From: a virus
Length of the DNA: 51,059 nucleotides
Direction: 5' to 3' (one strand)
Virus record (IMG/VR): IMGVR_UViG_3300028578_000001
The position numbers were made by a program, and so were the translations under genes. A model generated the notes under the pieces. It was given only the letters and a program-made list of their open reading frames with translations. It had not been told where the DNA came from and did no database searches. Shown here in pieces: positions 25,305 to 33,759 of this stretch. Position 1 is the stretch's first letter, and every line of letters starts with the position of its first letter.

Positions 25305-25743
25305 GGGGACGACTGAGGGCAGCCGCCCCATCCGGCGCGCGATCTTGGCCACGCTGAAGGCCAACGACGATGTTACGGCCTTGGTGCCTGCCACCTCGAT
25401 TTATCCCCAGTCTACATCTAAGCCGCCCTGGCCGTTCATCAAATTCGGCAGCCCGTCAGGTGTCCCGATCGACAATGCTTGTGCTGGCGGCGACACAATC
25501 ATTGTTGCGCTTCATTCGTTCGCCAAGCCGCGGATCGTCGGTGGGGCCGTCGTGGAGACGGCTGAGGATCACGCCGACCGCATCGGGACGGCGGTTATTC
25601 GCGCCCTCAACCGACGGCGCCTGACGCTGGACAGTGGCAATCATGCCAAGGTGCGCCGAGCCGGTTTCCAGCTTCTCCAGGACGGTGCCGAAGCCGACGC
25701 CTATCATCACGTCGCTAATTTCCAGGTGCGCGTTCTCGCCTGA
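25294..25743 (+). CDS. Tail terminator/completion protein (DUF3168-like)
   Basis: Position; LVPATSIYPQSTSKPPWPFIKFG. Confidence 0.6.
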   Translation: MATEGTTEGSRPIRRAILATLKANDDVTALVPATSIYPQSTSKPPWPFIKFGSPSGVPIDNACAGGDTIIVALHSFAKPRIVGGAVVETAEDHADRIGTAVIRALNRRRLTLDSGNHAKVRRAGFQLLQDGAEADAYHHVANFQVRVLA

Positions 25744-25762
25744 TCCGCTATTGTCGTTGCCC

Positions 25763-26086
25763 ATGAGGCTACTTGCTGCCCTGCTCTCTCTTGGCCTCAG
25801 CGCTTGCGCCACCACCTCTGCCGGCCTCTACGAATCTGATGTAGAGGAAACCTTCACCAGCACCAGAGCCCCTTCAACCGTGGCGACTTGCGCGGCGGAC
25901 AGGATGCGCGGCGATACCGATGTTCGGAATGACGGAGGTCATTACTGGGTTGTGCGCAAAAACACCTATGGCGTCCCGACCGCTAGATGGGATTTCTACC
26001 CAGCCGAGAGTGGAGGAACGCGGATCGAACTACGCCAATCGATCGGGATCAACGCTGGCGTGGGAGACGTGCGCGCTTGCCTGTAG
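25763..26086 (+). CDS. Lipoprotein (moron-like insert in the tail gene row)
   Basis: MRLLAALLSLGLSAC lipobox; ATG 25763 in ORF 25634..26086. Confidence 0.65.
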   Translation: MRLLAALLSLGLSACATTSAGLYESDVEETFTSTRAPSTVATCAADRMRGDTDVRNDGGHYWVVRKNTYGVPTARWDFYPAESGGTRIELRQSIGINAGVGDVRACL

Positions 26087-26112
26087 CGCCTTGCCTCGCC
26101 GAAGAACTGGTC

Positions 26113-26310
26113 ATGGCGCTGCTGGTGCAGATGATCCGCAAGGGCTTGGTCGACGAAGACGATATCGAGGCGATGGTGCAGGGCCTTTCGGATGAGGCCG
26201 GACACATGGCGAGTTGCGCGATTGTAGAGGCCGCCGCGCCCCAGGCTTCAGAGTGGAAGGCTGATCAGGCGCGAGCGCGATTCCATGTCGTGAAGGGCGA
26301 TGAGGCCTAA
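26113..26310 (+). CDS. Hypothetical protein
   Basis: ATG 26113 within ORF 25987..26310. Confidence 0.4.
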   Translation: MALLVQMIRKGLVDEDDIEAMVQGLSDEAGHMASCAIVEAAAPQASEWKADQARARFHVVKGDEA

Positions 26311-26312
26311 GC

Positions 26313-26447
26313 ATGACCTTTTGGCATTGGTTGGTCCTGGTTATCGCCTTCGCCGCGCCATTCTTTCTGATTTATCTCGCTGTGCGCGCCGGGGTTCGGG
26401 CTGGCCTGCGCGACAACAAGCCTTCCGACCCTGACGGCGGTAACTAG
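26313..26447 (+). CDS. Small membrane protein (44 aa), not in ORF track
   Basis: WLVLVIAFAAPFFLIYLAV TM; reads motif copy 5 as D-G-G-N, then TAG. Confidence 0.4.
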   Translation: MTFWHWLVLVIAFAAPFFLIYLAVRAGVRAGLRDNKPSDPDGGN

Positions 26448-26468
26448 CTCCGCCATCCCGCCATATCG
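26431..26468 (+). promoter_or_regulatory. CTGACGGCGGTAA motif copy 5
   Basis: ATAT at +31..34; major tail ATG at +69 with GGAGAG SD. Confidence 0.5.
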
Positions 26469-26500
26469 TTCGCCGGAATTGAGGTTCCGGAGAGCGCGAG

Positions 26501-26953
26501 ATGTCCACTCCCATTGAAGTCGATTGGGCGCTGATCAAGCTTGGCGACGGCGAGGAAGTCGAGGCGTTCACCCTCATCTGCGGCATCGAGGACGTCGCGA
26601 TCAATGGCGGCGTCAACACCACCGACCGCTTTGTCAGGGATTGCACAACCCCCGGAGCCGTGCCGACCCGGAAGGTCAAGGTCAACGGCCGCCAGCTCGA
26701 CATTTCGGGCACCGGCCTCTCCAACACCCAGGAGGAGGTTCGCCTGAACGGCGCGCTTGGCAAGCGGCGCAACTATCGGGTTGAACTCTATCGCGATGAT
26801 GAGACGGATGCTGGTGTCCTGCTCGGCACCTATGCCGGCACTTTCGTCATGACGACCAAGAACCTCAACACCAGCCGCAATTCCGATGCCTCGATGGAGG
26901 TCAATCTCGCCAATCACGGTGACTGGACCTACACCGACGCCGCCGGTAGCTGA
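26501..26953 (+). CDS. Major tail protein (TP901-1 / GTA g9-like)
   Basis: 150 aa directly upstream of chaperone and tape measure genes. Confidence 0.75.
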   Translation: MSTPIEVDWALIKLGDGEEVEAFTLICGIEDVAINGGVNTTDRFVRDCTTPGAVPTRKVKVNGRQLDISGTGLSNTQEEVRLNGALGKRRNYRVELYRDDETDAGVLLGTYAGTFVMTTKNLNTSRNSDASMEVNLANHGDWTYTDAAGS

Positions 26954-27426
26954 TGGCTTTCACCAGCATTGAACTCAAATTCGCGGACGGCGACTATATG
27001 TTCGCGCTTCCGCTTCCCCAAATCCTTGAGCTTGAGCGCATCCGCGGCGCCGGCATCCTGGAGATTTACGGCCGCCTCATGGAAGGATGGTTTGTCTCTG
27101 GTGAGGGAGTCGAGTTCGGCGTGCCCCACGCCGGGAAGGCATACGTTCTCGACATCTTCGAACTTATCCGCCTTGCTCTTATTGGCGGCGCGAAAGGCAT
27201 GGTCAACGGGCAAGAGGTGGCAGTGTCCGCTATCCGAGCCAGGGAATTGGTTGAGGCATATTGTCATCCCGCGCCGATTGTCGAGTCTTGGAAAATCGCA
27301 AAAGCGGCGGCGTTCGCGCTGGTCGAAGGATATGACAAAGCGGAAAAAAAAAGCCTGGAGCCCATCAAAGATCCAGTGCCGGCCGCCTCGACGAAGGGCA
27401 AATCCTCGCGAACTGCGCGCGGATGA
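26953..27426 (+). CDS. Tail assembly chaperone (GTA g10-like)
   Basis: Position between major tail and tape measure genes. Confidence 0.65.
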   Translation: MAFTSIELKFADGDYMFALPLPQILELERIRGAGILEIYGRLMEGWFVSGEGVEFGVPHAGKAYVLDIFELIRLALIGGAKGMVNGQEVAVSAIRARELVEAYCHPAPIVESWKIAKAAAFALVEGYDKAEKKSLEPIKDPVPAASTKGKSSRTARG

Positions 27427-27557
27427 ACGTCGACCCCGCGACCCTCGGCTATCGGCAGTATGCAGCTTTGCTCCACGGCTGGAACGCCGAGCCTGAGGAC
27501 ACCCCCAAAGACCACACCCGCCTGAAGCGAGCCATGGACGCGCACACCGTCCACTGA
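27423..27557 (+). CDS. Small tail-assembly-region protein (44 aa), not in ORF track
   Basis: ATGA overlap; ..ATLGYRQYAALLHGW; its stop is the TGA of motif copy 6. Confidence 0.5.
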   Translation: MNVDPATLGYRQYAALLHGWNAEPEDTPKDHTRLKRAMDAHTVH

Positions 27558-27591
27558 CGGCGGTAAGGCGAAAGGACGGCGGGGCGTAGGC
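27554..27591 (+). promoter_or_regulatory. CTGACGGCGGTAA motif copy 6 plus phased GTAG box
   Basis: GTAG at +31..34; tape measure ATG 27599 at +44, no SD. Confidence 0.6.
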
Positions 27592-27598
27592 TTTGGCA

Positions 27599-30304
27599 AT
27601 GGCCGCTGTCGTCGCTGATGAGGTAATCGTAGCGCTTGAGGCGAGACTCGGTCGCTACACGGCGAACGTCGCGAATGCCGAGCGTCATTTCGACCGGTCA
27701 ATGCGCAACATACAGGGCGCGGCAACGAGAACAGAAGCCCGAGTAGCGTCTGCGTTTCGCAACATGGCGGGCGCCGTTGGCCTAACCGTTGGCACGGCCG
27801 GCGTCGTTCTCGCCGCTCGCCAGTTCCTCCAATATGCTGACGCCGCGAAGAACCTTGAGGCTCAGCTTCGGCTCGCCACGCGGCAAAGCGGTAGCTTCGC
27901 ACAGGCGCAGGAGGATGTGCGGCGCATCGCCGCCCAAACCCGTTCAGGGTTGGAGGAAACCGCCACCCTCTACGCGACATTCCAGCGCAACGCCCGCGAG
28001 CTCGGCATCACTCAGCAGCAAGCGGCACGGGCCACACAAACGGTCACCGAAGCCTTCCTGATCAGCGGCGCGTCGGCAGCCGAGGCGGCGGGAGGCCTGA
28101 GGCAATTTCTTCAAGGGATTCAGAGCGGTACCTTGAGGGGTGAGGAGCTAAATAGCGTTTTGGAAAACGCGCCCCGCCTTGCCCGCCTGCTCGCCGATAG
28201 CCTAGATGTGACCATCGGGCGGCTGCGCGCGATGGGGCAGGAAGGCGAGCTTTCCGGGCAAAAACTAATGAGGGCCCTTACCGATCGTCAGTTCACAGAC
28301 CAGATTGACGAAGAGTTCCGCCAGCTCCCAGTGACGTTCGAACAGGCGATGACGCTCGTCAACAATGCCGCGATCGAAACCTTTGGTGCCTTCGATCGCG
28401 GTGGGAGATTTTCCGAGGCACTGGTTAATTTCATCACTGGCGGCACCGATGGAATGGAGGACATCGCCAACGCTGCCGAACAGGCGGGGATCGAAATCCG
28501 AGCGGCCTTCGAGGGCCTGACCAACGTATTCGATCCTCTATGGCAGGCGGCCACGTCGGTTTTTGGAGACATCTCTGGACAAGCGGTCAATCTACGCAAC
28601 CTTATCGCCGACATCGGCGGTGCGATGGACTCGCTTGCCGGCATCTGGAACAGGGCGGCAGCCGGCGGCCGGTTTGGCGTCGTCACCATGCTCAATCAAC
28701 AGGCTCCAGGTTTGCCGTGGAATCGGTGGCTTCCTCCAGCGACGCCCGTTGGCGGCAATGCGCGTGAAGGAGCTTTGCGCCGGTATGATGAGGCTTCCGG
28801 ACGGTCTAGGCGCCGGGGCCAGGACGATGCGACTGCTCGCCGGTCCGGGGCACAGGTTCGGGATGGCCGGACCCTCATCGACCAAGAGTTCCTGCGTTAT
28901 CTCAATGAGCCGGGGCGCTACGATTTCTTCGGGAGGGCTCTCAACCCCTCCCGTCCATCACCAGCGGCCAGTGGAACGAGGCGCCGTCGTCGTGGGCGGA
29001 AAGGCCCTTCCGCAGAGACGCTAGCCCGCCAAGCGGAGGCTGAACGGGTCAGGGCGCTTCGCGAGGAACAGCAGTTTCAGGCTGAACTGGCGTCCCTGAA
29101 TGAAGATCTGCTCGCCGCCCGCCAAGCGATGGTGACGGCGGCCGAGGCCATTGCAGCTTTCGAGATCCAACAGATAGAAGCGGCACGGGACCGACAGAAC
29201 CAAGCCTATCGAGATGAGGCGGAACGGGAACCAGAAGGTGCCCGTCGCGAACTCGCCCGCGTCAGGGCGGCCCAGCTTGTTGAAGCCAACAATGCGGTAG
29301 CGGCGGAACGGGTGCGCGCTGTCCAGCTTCGCGAGCAAAACAGGATCGATGAGGAAAGGGTTCAGCTTGCCAGCGCCGAACTCGACAATGCGATCGAACT
29401 GGAACAAGCTCAGGGCGCGCTAGCGGCGACTGCCGACGAACGCCGAGCCTCAGCGCTTCGCCTGCTTGATCTACAACAGCAGCAGGAGCGACTAGAACTA
29501 GAAGGTCTGGTCCAGCTTCACGGCCTGAATGACATTCGCGGCAAGGAGGCTCAAGCCCGCCTAGACGCTCTCGACGCCATTTACCAAGCGCGTCGGCAGG
29601 GCGTCATGAACGAACATCTGAGCGTCCGCGATCGCTATCTCGCCGACCTTCGTCTTGCTGGTCAGACGATGAATGACCAGCTCGATCAAGTCGCAATCGA
29701 TGGGTTCGAGCGGTTGAACGACGAGCTTGCGGAGACGGTTGGGAATTTCCTTCAACTCGGCGGCGTCGCGGGACGGGTGCTCAATCAGATCATCACAGAC
29801 CTCGCCCGTCTTGCCATCCAGCGCGCGATCATCGGTCCTCTCGCGAATGCCTTCTTTGGCGCGGTCGGTGGTGGCGGAGGGGCCGGCTCCATAGTTTCGA
29901 AGGCGCTGACTGGTGGCAGCGGCAACGCCCCATGGTGGACAGGACCAGGATGGGCCACCGGCGGTAGCACTATTCTCGGCGGTCGGGCGGGCGTCGATCA
30001 GAACTTGCTTAGTCTCAACGGGGCACCGCTCGCCCGCGTTTCGCGCGGTGAGAAGCTGACTGTTTCTCCTCAAGGCAAGGTCGTCCAGCCGGTGTCTGGC
30101 CCTGCCGCGATGCTCCGCCCGCATATCACCGTCATTTCCGCCCCCCAGTTCGATTTACGCGGCATGATCGGCACCAAGGCTTTGTTCGATGAGGTGCAAA
30201 GGGTTTCTCAGGTGAACGCCGCTCAGGCCGCCGCGGCGATGGGCAAGGGTGTCCTTGCGGCAGTCCCGGGACGTCTATCGCAGTTCCAGTCGGACGGCAC
30301 CTGA
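27599..30304 (+). CDS. Tail tape measure protein
   Basis: About 900 aa, long helical Ala/Gln/Arg-rich regions, Gly-rich C-terminal part; position. Confidence 0.85.
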   Translation: MAAVVADEVIVALEARLGRYTANVANAERHFDRSMRNIQGAATRTEARVASAFRNMAGAVGLTVGTAGVVLAARQFLQYADAAKNLEAQLRLATRQSGSFAQAQEDVRRIAAQTRSGLEETATLYATFQRNARELGITQQQAARATQTVTEAFLISGASAAEAAGGLRQFLQGIQSGTLRGEELNSVLENAPRLARLLADSLDVTIGRLRAMGQEGELSGQKLMRALTDRQFTDQIDEEFRQLPVTFEQAMTLVNNAAIETFGAFDRGGRFSEALVNFITGGTDGMEDIANAAEQAGIEIRAAFEGLTNVFDPLWQAATSVFGDISGQAVNLRNLIADIGGAMDSLAGIWNRAAAGGRFGVVTMLNQQAPGLPWNRWLPPATPVGGNAREGALRRYDEASGRSRRRGQDDATARRSGAQVRDGRTLIDQEFLRYLNEPGRYDFFGRALNPSRPSPAASGTRRRRRGRKGPSAETLARQAEAERVRALREEQQFQAELASLNEDLLAARQAMVTAAEAIAAFEIQQIEAARDRQNQAYRDEAEREPEGARRELARVRAAQLVEANNAVAAERVRAVQLREQNRIDEERVQLASAELDNAIELEQAQGALAATADERRASALRLLDLQQQQERLELEGLVQLHGLNDIRGKEAQARLDALDAIYQARRQGVMNEHLSVRDRYLADLRLAGQTMNDQLDQVAIDGFERLNDELAETVGNFLQLGGVAGRVLNQIITDLARLAIQRAIIGPLANAFFGAVGGGGGAGSIVSKALTGGSGNAPWWTGPGWATGGSTILGGRAGVDQNLLSLNGAPLARVSRGEKLTVSPQGKVVQPVSGPAAMLRPHITVISAPQFDLRGMIGTKALFDEVQRVSQVNAAQAAAAMGKGVLAAVPGRLSQFQSDGT

Positions 30305-30864
30305 TGCCGGCCTATCGCGAGTCTTTCATCTTCCATATCGCGACCGATCCGGTGGCGATGTTCTGGACGGGGCTCGGCAACCTTCCGGTCAGTCCTGATG
30401 CGGTGATCACGGAAGAGGCGGCGGCATGGGGGGGCGGCGAGCTCATCAGCATCCCCGATTTCGAGCAGTTGATCAATGGCCTTGCCCAGCGGCTGGAATT
30501 CACGCTTTCAGGAGTTTCGAAGCGGACAATTGCCTTTGCCCAGGCCGAAGCATCTCAGGTGGCGGGTGCTCGGGTCGACATCGGGCGCATTACGTTCGGT
30601 CCTGACTGGCAGCAAGTCGGTCCTATCGAATGGGAATGGACCGGCGAGGCCCGTTCCCTGAGCGTCGGCAGCCAGGATACGCCGAACGGGCGCAGCCGCT
30701 CGATCACGCTTACGGTAGCCGCTGGGGACACGACCCGCTCGCGCGCGCCGCTCTCATTCTTCACGGATAGCGACCAGCGGCGCCGATCGTCAGACGATGC
30801 CGTGTTCAGCCATGTCGCGGCAATCAATTCCGGCACGAGCAGGCGGTGGGGGCCGGCGGCGTGA
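30304..30864 (+). CDS. Distal tail protein (hypothetical)
   Basis: Position after the tape measure gene; 1-nt overlap. Confidence 0.5.
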   Translation: MPAYRESFIFHIATDPVAMFWTGLGNLPVSPDAVITEEAAAWGGGELISIPDFEQLINGLAQRLEFTLSGVSKRTIAFAQAEASQVAGARVDIGRITFGPDWQQVGPIEWEWTGEARSLSVGSQDTPNGRSRSITLTVAAGDTTRSRAPLSFFTDSDQRRRSSDDAVFSHVAAINSGTSRRWGPAA

Positions 30865-31250
30865 GCCTCGGCGAATTCCTGAAGGAGGCAGCTTCGGATC
30901 GGGCGCCATGGAACTGTTCCACCCTGCCGGCGGACTGGTGCCTTGCGCTCGGCCACCCCGACTTCGCAGCGGAATGGCGGGAGATCACCGATGACGCCGA
31001 GTGCGAGAAGATCACGGCCGAGAGCGGGGGCCTGATCGTCTTGTGGGAACGAGGGATCGGCGATGCATTGCCAGCCGTCTCGCCAACCACCGCCGATGCT
31101 CTGAAGGCCGGCGACATCGCGGTGATTGCGATCTGCGGCAACGAGGCCGGCGCGATCTGGACCGACCAAAGGTGGGCGATCAAGGCGGCTCGGGGGCTGC
31201 ACTTTCTCCCTCCTGAGAACCTGCACATCGCCAAGGTTTGGCGACCGTGA
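30861..31250 (+). CDS. Tail-associated NlpC/P60-like peptidase (tentative)
   Basis: GTGA overlap; APWNCSTLPADW Cys motif; position equivalent to GTA g14. Confidence 0.4.
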   Translation: MSLGEFLKEAASDRAPWNCSTLPADWCLALGHPDFAAEWREITDDAECEKITAESGGLIVLWERGIGDALPAVSPTTADALKAGDIAVIAICGNEAGAIWTDQRWAIKAARGLHFLPPENLHIAKVWRP

Positions 31251-33718
31251 GCAAGACGCTCGGCAGCATTGCCTTGGTGGCAGCAGCGGTGGCTGTGAAC
31301 GTCATCCCCGGCGCGGGTCAGTTCATCTCGGCTAGCTTGGTGGCGATTGGCCTGTCGAAAGCAGCCGCGCTTGCGATCACGACGGCCATCGCATCGACGG
31401 CGACCGTTGCCGGTTTGGCTTCGGCGGCAAGCCTGTTGGGCCTTGGTCCTGGCGGGATCAAGCCAGAGACGACTCAAGCTTCAATCAAGACATCGCGCCC
31501 GCCCCGTGTTTCCGGGACCGGCAAATCTCGACTTTGGGGAGCTTTTGCCCTCTATGAGACCGCCAGCGACGGGACGGCGGTCGATCTCTACGCCGTGCAT
31601 GATGGTGTGATCACAGGCACCCCAACCTTCTATCTCGCCGACGAAGAAGTGACCCTGACCGGCAACATCGTCGATGAAGGAGACGACGGGCGCTATCGCG
31701 ACGGCGCGATCAGCATTTACTGGACCGACGGAACCACGCCTGGGAGCGGCATTCCGGAGATCAATGCTCTGATCCCCGAATGGGACGGTCGCGGCGATGG
31801 TGTCGTGCTGATGGCACTCACCGCCCTATCGGTGAAGGTGAAGCGGTTTCAGGAGACCTATCCGCAAGCTGCGGTGCCAGAGCTTTCAATGGTGGCGGAA
31901 TGGGGCCTCTACCCAGACCCGTCTGCGGTTGACCCGACCGATGAGGCCGGATGGACATGGACCGAAAACCCGGTCCGTCACCTTCTCTGGTATAAGCTGA
32001 TTCATGAAGGAGTAGACTACGCAACGAAGATCGCGCCTGTAATCGACAGCTGGATCGCGGCGGCTTACGATTGCGACGCCGCGACGGCCCTGAAGGCCGG
32101 TGGGACCGAGGCGCGCTACCGAAGCTGTGTCGCGTTCAAGCACACCGACCAGCATAAGGACGTGGTCGGCGCCTTTCTGGCGACGTTCGATGGGTGGATA
32201 TCGCCGCGACAAGACGGGGCGTTGAGCCTTTACTCCGGCCGCTTTTACGAGCCGACCGTCAGCATCGGCTCAGATGAGATCGTCTCCTATACCTGGGATG
32301 GGGTCGGCATCGACGATGACGCGGCGGTGAATGAGATCATCGTCAGCTACGTCTCTGCCGAGCACGATTACAATTCACCCGAAGGAGAGGCATGGCGGGA
32401 CGAAGACGACATTTCTGACCGAGGTCAGGAGCTGTCGCAGCCGCTTGACGTTCAGGTTCCCTCCTTCCCCCAGGCCCGCCGACTGGCGAAGCGCAAGATG
32501 GCGCGGATCATGGCGCCTTCAAGAGGCACAATCACGACGAACGTGGCGGGGCGAGCGGTGCGTGGCGAGCGCTATATCGACCTGCATATCGAGGAGGCAG
32601 GGACTGTTTTCTATTCGGGCCCGGCCGAGATTACCGTGCTGACCCGCAACATCGCTACCGGCGGGGTGACTTTCGCCTGGGTTGCCGCCGATCCCGATAT
32701 AGACGACTGGAACCCGGCGACAGAAGAGGGCGAGCCCGCCGCGCTCGGGGAAAGGGTGGCGGCCGCCACCCTCACCGCCCCCACGATCACTGCCGTCGTC
32801 GCCATTGAAGGACCGCGGTTGCAGCTCACCGTGTCCGGCCCCGATCGGGAGGATCTGACATGGTTCGGCCACACCCGCGTTTCTGGCGCGACAATATGGG
32901 GCACCGACCTTGAATATACCGAAGTCGCGAGTGGGACGACGGTTACGCTGGTGACCGATATCATCCCACCCGACGCCACTGTCGAGGTCCAGGTTGCCTA
33001 TCAAGTCGGCGATGGACGTATTTCGGCATGGTCGACCACCGCGTCCGGGAACAGCAGCCTTGCCCCCTATTACATGGCTTCGGGAACGGCGGTTTCGGGG
33101 AGCGGAGATGTCTCCCCCGCGCTTCCTGCCGGTCTCTCGGCGGACGATATCCTGATTCTCCTTGTGGAAACCGCGAACCAACCGGTTGCGGCACCTGCCG
33201 GTTATTCGCAAGTCACCAATAGTCCTCAGGGCGTCGGCGTGGCTGGTGCGGCTACAGCGACGGCGCTTCAGATGTTCTGGAAGCGGGCAACGGGTTCCGA
33301 GTCCGCGCCAACCGTGACGGGCACGACGGATCACAAGGTGGCGAGGCTGCTGGCGATCAGGAACTGCATCGCAGCCGGCGATCCTTATGAGGCATCGGTA
33401 GGAGACACGCTTGCCACCGCTTCGGCGACCGTCACCGTTCCAGGACTGACGACGCTGGGGGCGCGCCGGCTTGTCCTCGCCGCCTCGAGCCGCGCCAATG
33501 ACGACGCCTCGCAGGCGGCCTTCTCCAATTGGCTGAACGGATCGTTGTCGAGCGTGACCCGGCGGGCCGAAGGTGGAACCACTACTGGAAACGGCGGCGG
33601 CTTCGGGACGGCAACCGGTGTGAAGGATGTTGCCGGTGCGACGGGTGTCACGACGGCGACCATCAGCGCTTCCGCAGAGCAGGCCCGCATCGCGATAGCG
33701 CTGAAGCCTGCGGCCTGA
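31247..33718 (+). CDS. Tail tip / host-specificity protein
   Basis: 823 aa; GTGA overlap; position after the tail hub genes. Confidence 0.6.
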   Translation: MSKTLGSIALVAAAVAVNVIPGAGQFISASLVAIGLSKAAALAITTAIASTATVAGLASAASLLGLGPGGIKPETTQASIKTSRPPRVSGTGKSRLWGAFALYETASDGTAVDLYAVHDGVITGTPTFYLADEEVTLTGNIVDEGDDGRYRDGAISIYWTDGTTPGSGIPEINALIPEWDGRGDGVVLMALTALSVKVKRFQETYPQAAVPELSMVAEWGLYPDPSAVDPTDEAGWTWTENPVRHLLWYKLIHEGVDYATKIAPVIDSWIAAAYDCDAATALKAGGTEARYRSCVAFKHTDQHKDVVGAFLATFDGWISPRQDGALSLYSGRFYEPTVSIGSDEIVSYTWDGVGIDDDAAVNEIIVSYVSAEHDYNSPEGEAWRDEDDISDRGQELSQPLDVQVPSFPQARRLAKRKMARIMAPSRGTITTNVAGRAVRGERYIDLHIEEAGTVFYSGPAEITVLTRNIATGGVTFAWVAADPDIDDWNPATEEGEPAALGERVAAATLTAPTITAVVAIEGPRLQLTVSGPDREDLTWFGHTRVSGATIWGTDLEYTEVASGTTVTLVTDIIPPDATVEVQVAYQVGDGRISAWSTTASGNSSLAPYYMASGTAVSGSGDVSPALPAGLSADDILILLVETANQPVAAPAGYSQVTNSPQGVGVAGAATATALQMFWKRATGSESAPTVTGTTDHKVARLLAIRNCIAAGDPYEASVGDTLATASATVTVPGLTTLGARRLVLAASSRANDDASQAAFSNWLNGSLSSVTRRAEGGTTTGNGGGFGTATGVKDVAGATGVTTATISASAEQARIAIALKPAA

Positions 33719-33752
33719 CGGCGGTAAGGCATCCACGCGCCTAGCGGTAGGT
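33715..33752 (+). promoter_or_regulatory. CTGACGGCGGTAA motif copy 7 plus phased GTAG box
   Basis: TGA is the stop of 31247..33718; GTAG at +31..34; ATG 33760 at +44, no SD. Confidence 0.6.
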
Positions 33753-33759
33753 TTGCGCC

